From contig CM041465.1 of the NCBI GenBank assembly GCA_023213395.1, positions 34,727,741-34,791,740 on the forward strand: a DNA stretch of 64,000 nt. The letters are read 5' to 3'. The stretch's first letter is position 1. Each line of letters starts with the position of its first letter. The notes under the pieces were generated by a model. The model was not told the DNA's origin. It worked only from the letters and a program-made list of their open reading frames with translations, and searched no databases. Below are positions 1 to 10,905 of the stretch, piece by piece. The translations under genes were made by a program, and so were the position numbers. The DNA is from Cycas panzhihuaensis. Taxonomy: Eukaryota > Plantae > Cycadophyta.

Positions 1-1013
1 TTGCACCTCAACTTACTTAACAATAACTAAAAATACCATATCACATATGGTTTATCAATAAATTAATCTCTTCAGACTATCTCTCTAAATGACCGGCAAG
101 TCTTATACTATGTAATGTATGATAGATAATTGTACATGTATCATCACTAGCTCTTATCATAATGAGGTTGTGTATTTCATACTATATTGGCTCTCACCCT
201 AAAGAGATTATGATTCCATACACTACAAGCATTACTCATGCCTACGAGAATAATAACAAGGAGGGGATTTGCTTAGCCCTTGAGGGGACTTGCTCAAATC
301 TCATAGAAAAGGGGACTCACTTAGCCTAAATTCCTAATATAATCTTAGATGAAAGGGGACTCAGTCAACCCAAATTCCTTTTAAAATCACAAAGGGAACT
401 TATTCAACCTAAATTCCTTTCAAAATCACAAAGAGAACTCACTCGACCCTCAAAGAATGAGAACTTAGCCTAACATCATATATTAATTGAGTTTTAACAC
501 CATCAAAATAATCTAAAGATATGACACAGTAATAGAAACATATATTCATGCCACTTACAAAACTTATCTATTCCAATGGATGGAGATAAACTCTAAAAGA
601 TCCCATTGAAAGCTAATTTATCTATCTTAAAATTCTACCTTAGGGTATGATCTTACTTAACACATTCAAGCCCTCTTCTATAAAATTGAACCATGAGATA
701 TTTGAAAAAGCTCCTTTATGAGCTTCATAAATCATCTTACCATCATTCTTATGAATATTAGGCTCAAAGACCCAGTCTTAGTCTCCCAAAAATCTATTTT
801 TTCTCTTTATATTTAACCTCCTCTATTCATCCCTCTATCTTTTTAGTTATTCTCAATAATTTTTTCTCCCAAAGGATGATGATGTAAGAAGATGGAGGAA
901 GATTTTAAAAGATCCCGTTTTGTTCTTATTTTGACTAAATCACTCATACTTGGTGAGATAATTTATTATCATTAATACCATCAAGCCTTGGTGGGTGGTT
1001 ATGCCCTATGATG
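1..1013 (-). mobile_element. LTR segment of Gypsy C family (truncated by window start)
   Basis: Colinear, same-orientation similarity to 31370-32317, e.g. 1-80 ACTTACTTAACAATAACTAAAAATACCATA vs ACTTACTTAACAATAGTTAAAAATACCATA. Similarity ends at 1013/32317. Confidence 0.85.
260..450. repeat. Degenerate short tandem repeats inside the Gypsy LTR
   Basis: Recurrent GGGGACT(C/T)(A/G)CT(C/T)A(A/G)CC motif. Three ~39-bp units (AAAGGGAACTTATTCAACCTAAATTCCTTTCAAAATCAC-like) at 352-450; fewer units in the copy at 31600-31780. Confidence 0.7.
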
Positions 1014-1998
1014 GCTGCATTAAAGTCTTCAGTGACTATAGTTATAGTGACTACCCTCTTTTTCTCATCTAGCTTAGTAGAATATCTTTGTGTATGATGT
1101 CCTTACATATCTTCTTCTTTCCCTAACATTCTAACACCTTTAATTGGCACCCTTTGGGTGTGACCTAGCATTATTCTATTCATTAATGAGAATGTTTTGG
1201 TGAATTTGTAAATGGATGACAGTTATGCCCCTGCTCTGCCTCATTATATAACATATACTTTAGGATAAACATGTGCATCATATTTACATATAGAATTTAT
1301 CAATTAATTTTATCTAAAAATATTGGTATGCAATTGAGGATTCCAATGCATCCATAATTAATTAAATCCATCCTCTGATGAGTGAGTTATAGCTAGTCTT
1401 ATGGAGCACAAGAATCAAGAATTTACTTTTGAATTTTTTACATTTCTATTTTTATAATATTATGTACTTTTATTTAGGTTCAATGACCCATTTGGAAAAA
1501 ATATGACATAGAGTTCTTTGTTTGTGCCTCTATTTTGCTTCTTTCTATTTGTTCATATATATTTTCCACTCAGTAGCTCATTTGCAACATTATAGAAAGA
1601 TTTATTTTTTACCTATAATTATTTCATTTCACTGTTTTAGAACTCAATCTTTATTTCTACACCCAATAACCCACTTGCAAAATTATAAGGAACTTCCTCT
1701 CTTAAGACTTATTTCACAACTTCATGACTTGATTAGCCTTCACTTATATTCTTTGGTGCATATGTGTATTTATGAAAGATGTGTTACTGGTGATATCACT
1801 TTGCAACTTTGTAAATTGCTCAATGCCTTCATGTGTTGGTCCATTTATAAAATTTTGAGGACCTTACTACCTATATCCTTTATTTCTGTAACTTTGTAAA
1901 TGAATATTTGAATGGTTCCACTCGCTAGCTCATTTGTGAAAATACAAAATGTTCTCCTGTTATGTCTTTTATTTTGTAACTTCAAAGTTAGATTTTCG

Positions 1999-2331
1999 TA
2001 TAATACTATTAAAATAATAGGAATAGAGATTTAATAAAGTAAGGATTAACTAATCAATGACATAAAAATTTAATTTCAAATAATTGATAAAATCTCAAAC
2101 ATGAATTATCTTTTATTTCTCTCTTTTTACAATGCCCTATACATGCATAAATATAACTCTAAAATAGAATCTAAATTCTAACCAAATGACATATATGAAG
2201 TGATTGCTGTAACCCCCAATGACTCATCACTCACATAAACATTAGAAAAAAATCTATACCTAATATAATAGAAAAAATAGAGAGTCTCATAATCTAAAGC
2301 TATGAGTCATAAATAAACATTAATGTCGACA
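1999..2331 (-). repeat. 3' LTR of Copia A
   Basis: Direct repeat of 20854-21168; ends GTCGACA next to the PPT complement. Confidence 0.88.
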
Positions 2332-2349
2332 CTCCTCCTTAATGTTTAT

Positions 2350-3091
2350 TTTATTTTTCTTTATACCTAAACCATTCTTGAAAGTCCAAAATTTATTAAG
2401 TGCTAGTGGCTTGATGAAGATATTAACCAACTATTTTTTTGTCAACTTGTACACCATCTCAATTGTACCTTTCTTAAATTAATTCTAAAATAAAGTGATG
2501 GTGTAACTTAATATATTTGATTCAAGCAAGGGACATAAGATTCTTCATAATATTTAAAGTACTATGATTATCACAATACAAGACTATTACTTCTAATTAT
2601 AGTAGTCCCATGTCCTCCAAAATCTATTGTAACCAAATGGATTTAGTAGTCAATGAAACTATAGCCTAGTACTCTACTTTAGTTAAGAATAAAGTAACAT
2701 TTTATTACTTTTTATTGCTCCAAGTGATGGTATCTAAACCCAAACTAAAATAGTACTTAGAAGTCGACTTTTTGTTATCTACACAATTACCCTAATCAAA
2801 ATTTATGAATCCTGTCAACTTAAAATTATTATTATTCTAGAATTTAAGTCTATATTGAATTGTCCCTTTTAAGTATTTGAGAATCCTCTTTGCAACTTCT
2901 TAGTGACTCTATTTTAGCGCTGGGATAAATATAAGCACTAATCCAACTATAAAAGATACATTACGTCTGGTAGTAATTAAGTATATTAGACTTCATGATA
3001 GTTGCTATATAATGTTGAATCAACATTTGTGCCACCATCTTCTATTGTTAATCTAGAACCTATCTCCATAGGGATAAGCATACATTTATAA
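2350..3091 (-). pseudogene. Copia A pol remnant: RT C-terminus and RNase H
   Basis: Minus-strand VNIFIKPL (ADIFTKPL motif) at 2403-2427, with many stops. Joining across the TSD restores ILKKFRMDDYKCMLIPMEIG. Confidence 0.85.
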
Positions 3092-3096
3092 TCATC

Positions 3097-5650
3097 TGTT
3101 TCCCAGCTACTAGGAATGGACTTGAGGCGCATCGACGCAGGTTTGTTCAGGTATATTTTCTTACTTTTCTTGCCTATGTTAATTAAGGTAATTTAGAGTA
3201 GGTTGCTTGACATCTGCCTGCTTGTACGCGTTGATTGCCTGCTTGCTCATAATGCATGTGCCTAATGATACGCCTTCAGCCTATGATGACCCATAGCGGG
3301 GGCATTCTTCAGCGAATGCTACACCCCGTATGGCATACAGCCACCCATGATGTCTCCACAGTTTCCTGGGATTGTTTCCGCCAGTTTATTTGCTCATGTT
3401 GCAACATGTCGTTTGCGTTGCCATCCTTTCTAAGTCAAACTCGATCCTTAGTTAGGACTTTTTGGGTTGTTTTGGGTACTTGCCCACTGCCTGGGCATTC
3501 CCCCAGCTGCCCTAATTCATGTTTGGCCCCTGATTTTGCTTCAAAACTTGATTTTGCTGCTTGTTTTTCTCTTTTTCTAGTTTCAGTCGTCTGCGGTAAA
3601 CTAAGCGATGCGATTGAGTTTGCGCAGATGCAGAGAATTTACCGCAGACGATCGCTTGAAATTTAAAAAAAGAGAACCACGTGACAGTTTCCGTTTTTTT
3701 CGCGAAACTGCCACGTGGCTTCGTTTGATTGGAGGTGCCCTGACATCCCCAACGTTCACCTGCTATGAACAAGGGATAAAGGGAATTTTCCTCCCCATTT
3801 CCAGGACTTTTTGCCCATTTTCTAAATTTTCAAGAGAATTTTTCAAGAGACTGCACACAGGAAAAAAGATAGAAAACAAAACAACCTCATGTACAGCAAC
3901 TGAAGAGGGTGAAACGGGTTGTGGTGGCAGGGCCATTACTGCCCCTTATAACTCTCCACAGCCAGCTCTACTCCCTTTTGCAAGTGCTCAGAGATTCAAG
4001 GGTCTCCTTCAACCAAGAAGCTGCCCTAAAAGTTTATACCATAGCTCCAAACTTGCAAGGAGCCTCTTCTATTCATACTCCAGCAGAAAGAGTTCATAAC
4101 CAGCCTCTGTTTGGCCTCCATTGCTGCTGATCTAAGTGGCAGAAGGCATGCTTAGTCTCTTTACACAAGGTACCCCTTAGTTTTCACTTGCAATTTCTTA
4201 TTTTTTGTACTTGCACTTTCTTTTCTTTTTTTGCTTGCAATCCCTTGCCTATATTTGTAATTTTCTTGTTTTTATCAACAAGTAGCCCATTCATTTCTTT
4301 TGTGTTGTCTCTTTTACTTCCAAATGAGAGTGATCACCATTGGCCATAGCTACCCTGTAGTGCTCTCTTGAACCAAAGCCACTTTCCCAGTTTTTCTTGG
4401 AGCCCTTCCTTTTTCTTTAGACCCTCTTTTACTCTTTCCTTAGTCAGCCAGTGCAAGGGCATATACACGAGGATTCGAGGGAGGTAGGTGGGGTTCCATC
4501 CCCCATTGTTGTCCTTCTCCCCAAGGGTTCCATCCCTTGTCCTCTGCCCCTTACTATACATGCTATCTCAAGGAATGAGTCAAGGAGGTCTAGGGGACTT
4601 TGGCTAGGGCATCCCGACCAGTTTGAGGTAATTCGCATCCACCTTGTTACCACTTGGCGTTTCTTTCCTGCACTCTATGGAGATCTCCCGTGGGTGAGTT
4701 AGCCATCCCGAGGCTATACTCAGTTCCGTTTCGCGTGTTCGTGGTATTTGGTAGTGTGAGAGTTTCTTGTGAACTTTCATTTCGTTTTTCTACATTCTAA
4801 TGCATAACTTAAGTTATTTAGCTTAGTTGATTTCAGTTTACATACATATACATATATCTTTTACTGTACTTTGTAGCCTCTCCCCCTGAGAGGAAGGTGC
4901 TTTTCACACTTGTTTACAGGATCGCGTTGGAGGAAGTGGTGCGTGAGATGAACCCGCTGCCGGTTAGCTCCCACACGGTATTTCTCTTCTTTAGTTTCGA
5001 GTTCCTTTTTCGTCCTTTCATTTTATCTAGTTCTTGCATGCTCAAGGGGAGGTAAGTGAACCCCCTTTACCACCGTCGACCGACATTGCATGCGCGGAGA
5101 AAGGAGGGAAGGAGCGCAACCTAGAAGGAGAAGCTGTGCTTCTACTTGAACACTGGATCCAGGTATTCCTCTCGTTTCTTCCGTATTTCCCCTTATGCTA
5201 TTTTTGTCCTTTCGCATTTGCCTGAATAGATAAGGTGGGATAAAAGAACATAAAGAAAAAGGGAGAAAATAATCGTTTCTTTGCATTTACTTTCTTGCAC
5301 TATTTTCTTGCTTTACATAGCATAGGTGTAGAAAGCCCATTTATATTGTACCCTTCAGCCACACCTTGCTTCACATCTGTTTGCACGTTAGATTTGTTGC
5401 CCCCTCATTGCCTTCTCATTACCTTGAGAAGCCGTGATGTCTTGAGGTTTCCTTTCCTTCCGGCCATCAGAAGGGTAGGAAGGCCTCGTTTTGCTACACA
5501 GGAAGCAACCAGGCATCTTGCAGCCCCGAACCTGCGCTCCGGCGCACGAACGTCCTACGAGGTGAGATCCTTGCTGCCTAGCCTAGTTAGTTTAGTGTTT
5601 TTATATCCCTTTGCTAGACGTAGGATCACTGCCCCGCAGAGAGTATTTTA
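3097..5650 (+). repeat. 5' LTR of Tat element
   Basis: Near-identical to 14829-17384. Starts TG after the TSD and ends GAGTATTTTA (3' LTR: GAGCGTTTCA) one base before the PBS. Confidence 0.95.
3677..3719. promoter_or_regulatory. Paired G-box (CACGTG) elements within an inverted repeat in the LTR U3
   Basis: CCACGTGACAGTTTC ... GAAACTGCCACGTGG (14/15 inverted). Palindrome GCCACGTGGC at 3710-3719 is conserved in the 3' LTR at 15430-15439. Function is inferred. Confidence 0.5.
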
Positions 5651-5651
5651 C

Positions 5652-5669
5652 TGGCGACCATACTGGGGA
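5652..5669 (+). other. Primer binding site, tRNA-Arg type
   Basis: TGGCGACCATACTGGGGA directly after the 5' LTR. Resembles TGGCGACTCCACTGGGGA, the tRNA-Arg PBS typical of Ogre/Tat elements. Confidence 0.85.
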
Positions 5670-5921
5670 CTGCCAGTAAGGGAGCTAAATTCGCTTCCCC
5701 TTCTTTTCAACGTTCTTGCCTCTAGGTAGTTTCGTATTCCATGTTTTCAGTTGGGCAACCCCCAACGTGCACGCTTCACTTCCCTTCTTTTCTCTTTTTG
5801 TTTCTTCTAACAACGCTCGCAAAGGCGTTGCATGCGACGTTTCTCGCCGCCATGAGGTTTGCCTCCGTTGCTAGAAGACCAATCACCCCGTTCCCTTCCG
5901 TCGTCGAACCCTGGATCGACA

Positions 5922-8530
5922 ATGGAAGGTTACCCGTCCGATTGGGCCTACCATATTATGGTTTCGGGAACTCAAGAGTTCCCTGCTTCTATTCTGAAAT
6001 CCGCCCATGAGGGTGATGATTCCATCTACTACCCCGATGACCAATTCCATCCTAATGATTTTCGCCCTTCTGCCCATGCAGTGGAAGATCTGCTCCTCAT
6101 GAGACTCACCATCCCACAGGTGAACCTTACGAGGAGCGTCCTGAGGGATCCCCTACTTTCGAGATCCCTTCGACTTCATATGGCTACGAGGACACCCCTC
6201 CTGCCGATGTAGTCGAAGCGCTTAGCGAGTATTTTCGAACAACTCGCCACCAGCCACATCCTAGATGGTTTGAAGAAGTGTTGCACAACGTAGCATATTC
6301 CTCGTCCATCCCCGCGCCTTCTACAACGATCGATGCCTCTAACCGTGCACACTCATCCTATCCCGTATCTACCCTGGCTCCCAGGGCAAGCGTTGCGCTG
6401 CCTGTTCCTAGCCGTGGTCCTACTTCCTCAGGACCTGCTCGTGGCATGTCCTTTCCCTAACTCGGGGTCAGCATGCCACTCCCGAGTCAAACGCACGCGC
6501 CACCTTCGAATGTGGCACATGCGTTCTCTAGTAGGCCTCGAGGTCCTACTAGTGCTGCCACCGTCAACTATGTAGGACCTACTCCTACATACATCCAAAG
6601 CTCTGCTGGTGGTCCTTCCTTTTACGTGCCCCCAGGTTACACATTTCAACCTTGGGGACAAGCTAAGGGAAACCATCTTCTTGTCTATGGGGTAGACCCG
6701 TTGCACCCATATGGAGTTGCGCCACCTACGGGTGGCCCATATTGGCAAAACCTGGTTCCACACCCGTTGTTCCCGTCATCTAGCGCCACTCCCATTCCTG
6801 CATCATTGCAAGGGAGTATACCTCCTTTCCATAGCGTTTACCCGCAACCCCCTTTCCAACAAGGGGCATTTCCCTAAGGAGGGATGGGTCTACCACCCCC
6901 ATCCATTCCTTTGCCGGTCGTCGATCCTTTAGCCTAAGCTAGGGCATGTCCTTTCATGGACTATAGGTCGATGCCATTGTCTGTTGAGGCACTAAGGACC
7001 AACTTGCCGCCTCATCCTCCTGAAGTTCCCAAATTCGACGGAACTTCGTCGCAAGACCCAACCGAACATGTACGTAGTTTCTCTATGGCGTGCATCGATT
7101 ATTGGGCTTATGACCATATCCTTATGAAGCTATTTCCGCGGTCCTTGTAGGGTGACGACCTCAAGTGGTTTTACCGCCTTCCCGCTCATTCGATCTCTTC
7201 ATTCCAGCAATTGGTGGATGAGTTCGTCAACTATTTTGACGTAGCCCGCCCATTCGAAAGCAGAATGAAGGCGCTTCTGTCGCTTAAACAAGGTCACGAC
7301 GAGATGAACTGTAACTTTGTGCGACGCTTTCACGATCTTCTTCACTCCACCAAGGCGACGTTGCCTGAGGAGTTGAAGCGAGATCTCTTCGTCAACGCTT
7401 GCCATACAAGTGCATGTGGAAGTCCTCAAGATGGGGGTAACCACATGTGACTCCGCGATTATGAGGTGCTTGGAGCTGGAGGCCATTGAGATCCAAGTTG
7501 GACTCAAGAAACCTCCTAAGCCCTCGCAGCGTCGCGAGGCGCCTCCGCCGGCGAAGGAGACCAAACCTTCGCAGCCCGCTAAGTCCGCCTCTCATCTGAC
7601 TGAGAGGACCCTAGATCCTCTTACTTCCGCTATTCACTCATTCGAGTGAACGATGAAGGAGCTAAAACTCCAACCTCTTTCATCGCCAACCTCCCATAAA
7701 CCTGTTCAGCAGACTTCTCATGCGATGCCCCCCAAAGGGGGTAACACCCAGCCTTCTCAAGTAAGGAGGACCGATCCTCCCCTTGAGAAGAGGTGGTGCT
7801 CCATCCACGGGGAGTGTTTCCATGACAATTCGCGTTGCTGGGCACAGCATCCTCGCGATGCCCCACCGCGCGACTCATCCCCTAGGCAAGCATCGAGGCC
7901 TAACCTCGTCATAGAGACCCGTTCCCCAAACATGGGGAACGTGGTCGCGTTGTTCAGCAAAGGAACAATCAGAATCGGGATAGATCTCCTGATCCTCACC
8001 CTCCGCATGGTAGAGGGAAGGGTGTGCGAAGGTCACCTTCCCCTTCGTGCTCCCTTGACTACCGTGCTCCATCACCCTCGCGTTCCTGCAACAAGGGAAA
8101 GAAGGTGATTCAAATGCTCGAGACTACTTCGCTTTACGCGTTAACCTGGTCTCAAGCCGCGAAGGAGGCAACAGGTGCCTCCGCGTCTACCTCGCAGCTC
8201 GATCCCCCTCTGGAAGCTACTCCTCCAGAGATTCCTGCACTTCCCAAGAGTATTCCCATCCACCCTGGTCGATTCGACTTTAGGAGAGCCCTTACCCAAC
8301 CCACAGGGAGGGGTAAGCCTTTCTCCGTAGTCGAAGAGCTTCTTACTGTGGCTGCCGGGATGTCCATCATGGATGTCTTGAGAAGTTGCCCAGAGCAACG
8401 AGCGCTCCTCTTGGAAGCTCTTGGATCGAATGACACGTTCATTCATGCCTTGGGTACAACCCCAAGCGGTGAACCCGTTATCTCCTTCAATCCCAAAGAT
8501 CTTCCTGCTTCTAGTGGAAGGGAACGCCAA
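5922..8530 (+). pseudogene. gag: Tat gag (Pro-rich N-terminus, retrotransposon gag core, CHHC knuckle), disrupted by stops and frameshifts
   Basis: PKFDGTSSQDPTEHV...KLFPRSL*GDDLKWFYRLPAHSISSFQQLVDEF...LKQG (6956-7400); C-x2-H-x4-H-x4-C knuckle WCSIHGECFHDNSRCW at ~7794-7841. Confidence 0.85.
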
Positions 8531-8900
8531 CGGAATTTCCCTTTCACTATTACTATAGATACTCCCGATTGCACGTTGTGAAGAACTATCGTGGACAACG
8601 GTTCTTCCGTCAACGCCATGCCTTTGCGCGTTATGTAAGAGCTTGGCATTTCCACCTTAGAACCTGTTCCTTGGCATTGTCAGGGTTATGACGGTAGCGA
8701 GAAGACTCCCTTAGGATCTGTCTCGATACCCCTTACCCTCGAGGACAAGACTGTCGTTACCGACATCATCGTCCTTGATGTTGATGTTGATTACAACTTG
8801 CTTCTAGGTCGACCATGGCTTGACCAAATGGGAGCTGTGTGTTCCACCCGTTGGAGGCAACTTAAATTTGTCCATAATGGACAAATGAAAGTTGTCTTCC
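8531..8900 (+). pseudogene. Tat aspartic protease (two in-frame stops)
   Basis: L*RTIVDNGSSVNAMPLRVM*ELGI...GYDG...YNLLLGRPWLDQMGAVCSTRWRQLKF. Confidence 0.9.
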
Positions 8901-9691
8901 ACGAGCAATCGCTCGCCAAACCAGCTAGACCTTCCGCCCAGGCAAGCCATGGCCATACGAAGGGAAACAAACGCCCTTACGACCATGCCTTAGCTTGCTC
9001 CATTGGAATCCCTAATTCCTTGTATCAAGAAGACGATCCCATGCCTTCTTCTCCTAGTCTGATGCATTTTGCTCCTATTGGTGTCGGGAGCTATAGGTAT
9101 CTTGCCGTATTTGATGATGACGGATCCCATAGTGAGGACGAGGATCGTCCTCACCCAGTCTCGCTCCTACGCACCAGTGTGGGACGTCTTCCTAGCCCTA
9201 GGCTCCCTCCTAGGGCCTCTTTTGTTGTAGAGCCGGGCCACTTTCACATGTCACATGACATTGCGCATGTCGATCATCGCGTTCCTGGCTCTTCTGTCCT
9301 GTCACCTCCCGTAGGTGATGATGTTGAGAGTTTCCCTCTTGCTTTTTACGAGGGACCTCTCCTTGACTCTCCTTCAGAGTCCCTGAGGGATGATGGGCAG
9401 TTTTTAGGCCATACCGGTCCTATTGCTCCCACGCTATCACGTGCCTCACCCATTCGAAGTCAGGTCATCCATGGGGTGGACTACTTCGAAGACGACGAGG
9501 CTTTGCTAAAACACTTAGCTGGTTCCATGCCGAGTTTACCTCCTGGTCACCACAAGCTTGGCCACCAGAAGGTCTTAACGATTGGGTCCACATTAGCCAA
9601 CCCAATCCCCTCTTTCGTTTCCTCCCTTCCAGTTGATCTTGCCCCCCTCCATTTCGAGGAGGGGAATGCCATATGCATGGGGGCAACTTAG

Positions 9692-10231
9692 GACGTAGTC
9701 CTTGCCCTGGACAGGGTCATCAAAGTAGGAGCAGAATGTACCCCTAACGAAGTGAGGGAATACACCCTCCTATTCCAGGAGTTCTGCGATGTATTCGCAT
9801 GGGACTACTCGGACATGAAGGGCATCGACCCCTCCATCATTTTGCATAACCTTACGGAAGTGGAGATCCCTTCTCTTCGGGTTTCTCTTCGAGGCCTCGT
9901 TGATAAGGAGTCTATTCGCCAGGCTCATCTCTTAGACCTCGAAGCCCTGGATGAGAAGCACTTAGAGGCTTATCAAGCGAACCTCGCTTCGAAAGCCCGC
10001 TTACAAAGGGCACACGATAAACGTCTTCGTACTCGTCCTTTGTGTCCCGAGGACCATGTCCTCAAATTGGAGTACCTTTACGATCGCTTAGCCAAATTCG
10101 GGCCCAAATGGGTAGGCCCCTTGGTCGTTCTCGAAAGCCTCGATAACGGCGCATATAGGATCGCCACCTTAGATGACTTGGAATTTGAGAAACCGGTCAA
10201 TAGAAAGTTCCTCAAGAAATTTTACACGTGA
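9692..10231 (+). pseudogene. Fused pol remnant: RT N-terminal segment joined in frame to the integrase C-terminal (GPY/F) region
   Basis: EFCDVFAWDYSDMKGIDPSIILHNL (start of Tat RT) is followed directly by TEVEIPSLR...KFGPKWVGP...GAYRI...VNRKFLKKFYT* (Tat INT tail). No YxDD or DDE motifs lie between them. Confidence 0.9.
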
Positions 10232-10905
10232 CCTTTCCGCTCTTTTCTTCGCCATGCTCCGAAACGAGCCTAAACTACCATCTTAAATTGTTCCCATTCC
10301 TCCCAACCATGGGTAGGATGGCGATTTAAGGTGGATTTTCGGTTCTTCTTCCAGTTCCTCCCGCGGAACCCGCGTTCCCACGTGCTCTTGGGAACCTTTG
10401 TCCTCCTATTTGGGCATTCCCTAACTAGGACGATGCTGTGGAGTATCGTTACTCCCTTCTCATGCTTGTCGTTTCCTTCGCATATTCCGCTATGCTCCCC
10501 TGTAGACGTGCATGTCGCTCTATTTTCTAACCTCACACCTCTCGGTCACCTCTGCTTATGGTGGATGTGTGTGCTCCTGTTAGATATATGGCCATACATG
10601 GAAGGAAACACATGCATATATTGCAACAAAATATTTACAACATATTCACATATTTACATATTTACATACAAACATTTGCAACATGCAAAAATATCCATTT
10701 ACAAAAATAAATCATACATGCTATCTCTATTATACATGATACACACCATTTCATGTCAAAATGGGGTATCAATTACCCCGTGTGTGTATATATATCAAAA
10801 TGTCATAGTACATCGTATATGTGGGAAGCCAGGATCCTTGCAGGGGGAGTACAATCATGTGAGTCTAAATATGACCCCCTGGAGGCCCGCACTTTCCCGT
10901 CAAAA

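Noticed and set aside
260-450. CRISPR-like repeat array
   Set aside because: Degenerate tandem units without unique spacers, inside a eukaryotic LTR.
1522-1899. 125-aa ORF
   Set aside because: TTG start in AT-rich degenerate repeats; no motif.
3256-5729. Many ORFs inside the Tat 5' LTR (and their counterparts at 14966-16955)
   Set aside because: No recognisable domains, and the frames break differently in the two LTR copies. Treated as chance ORFs.
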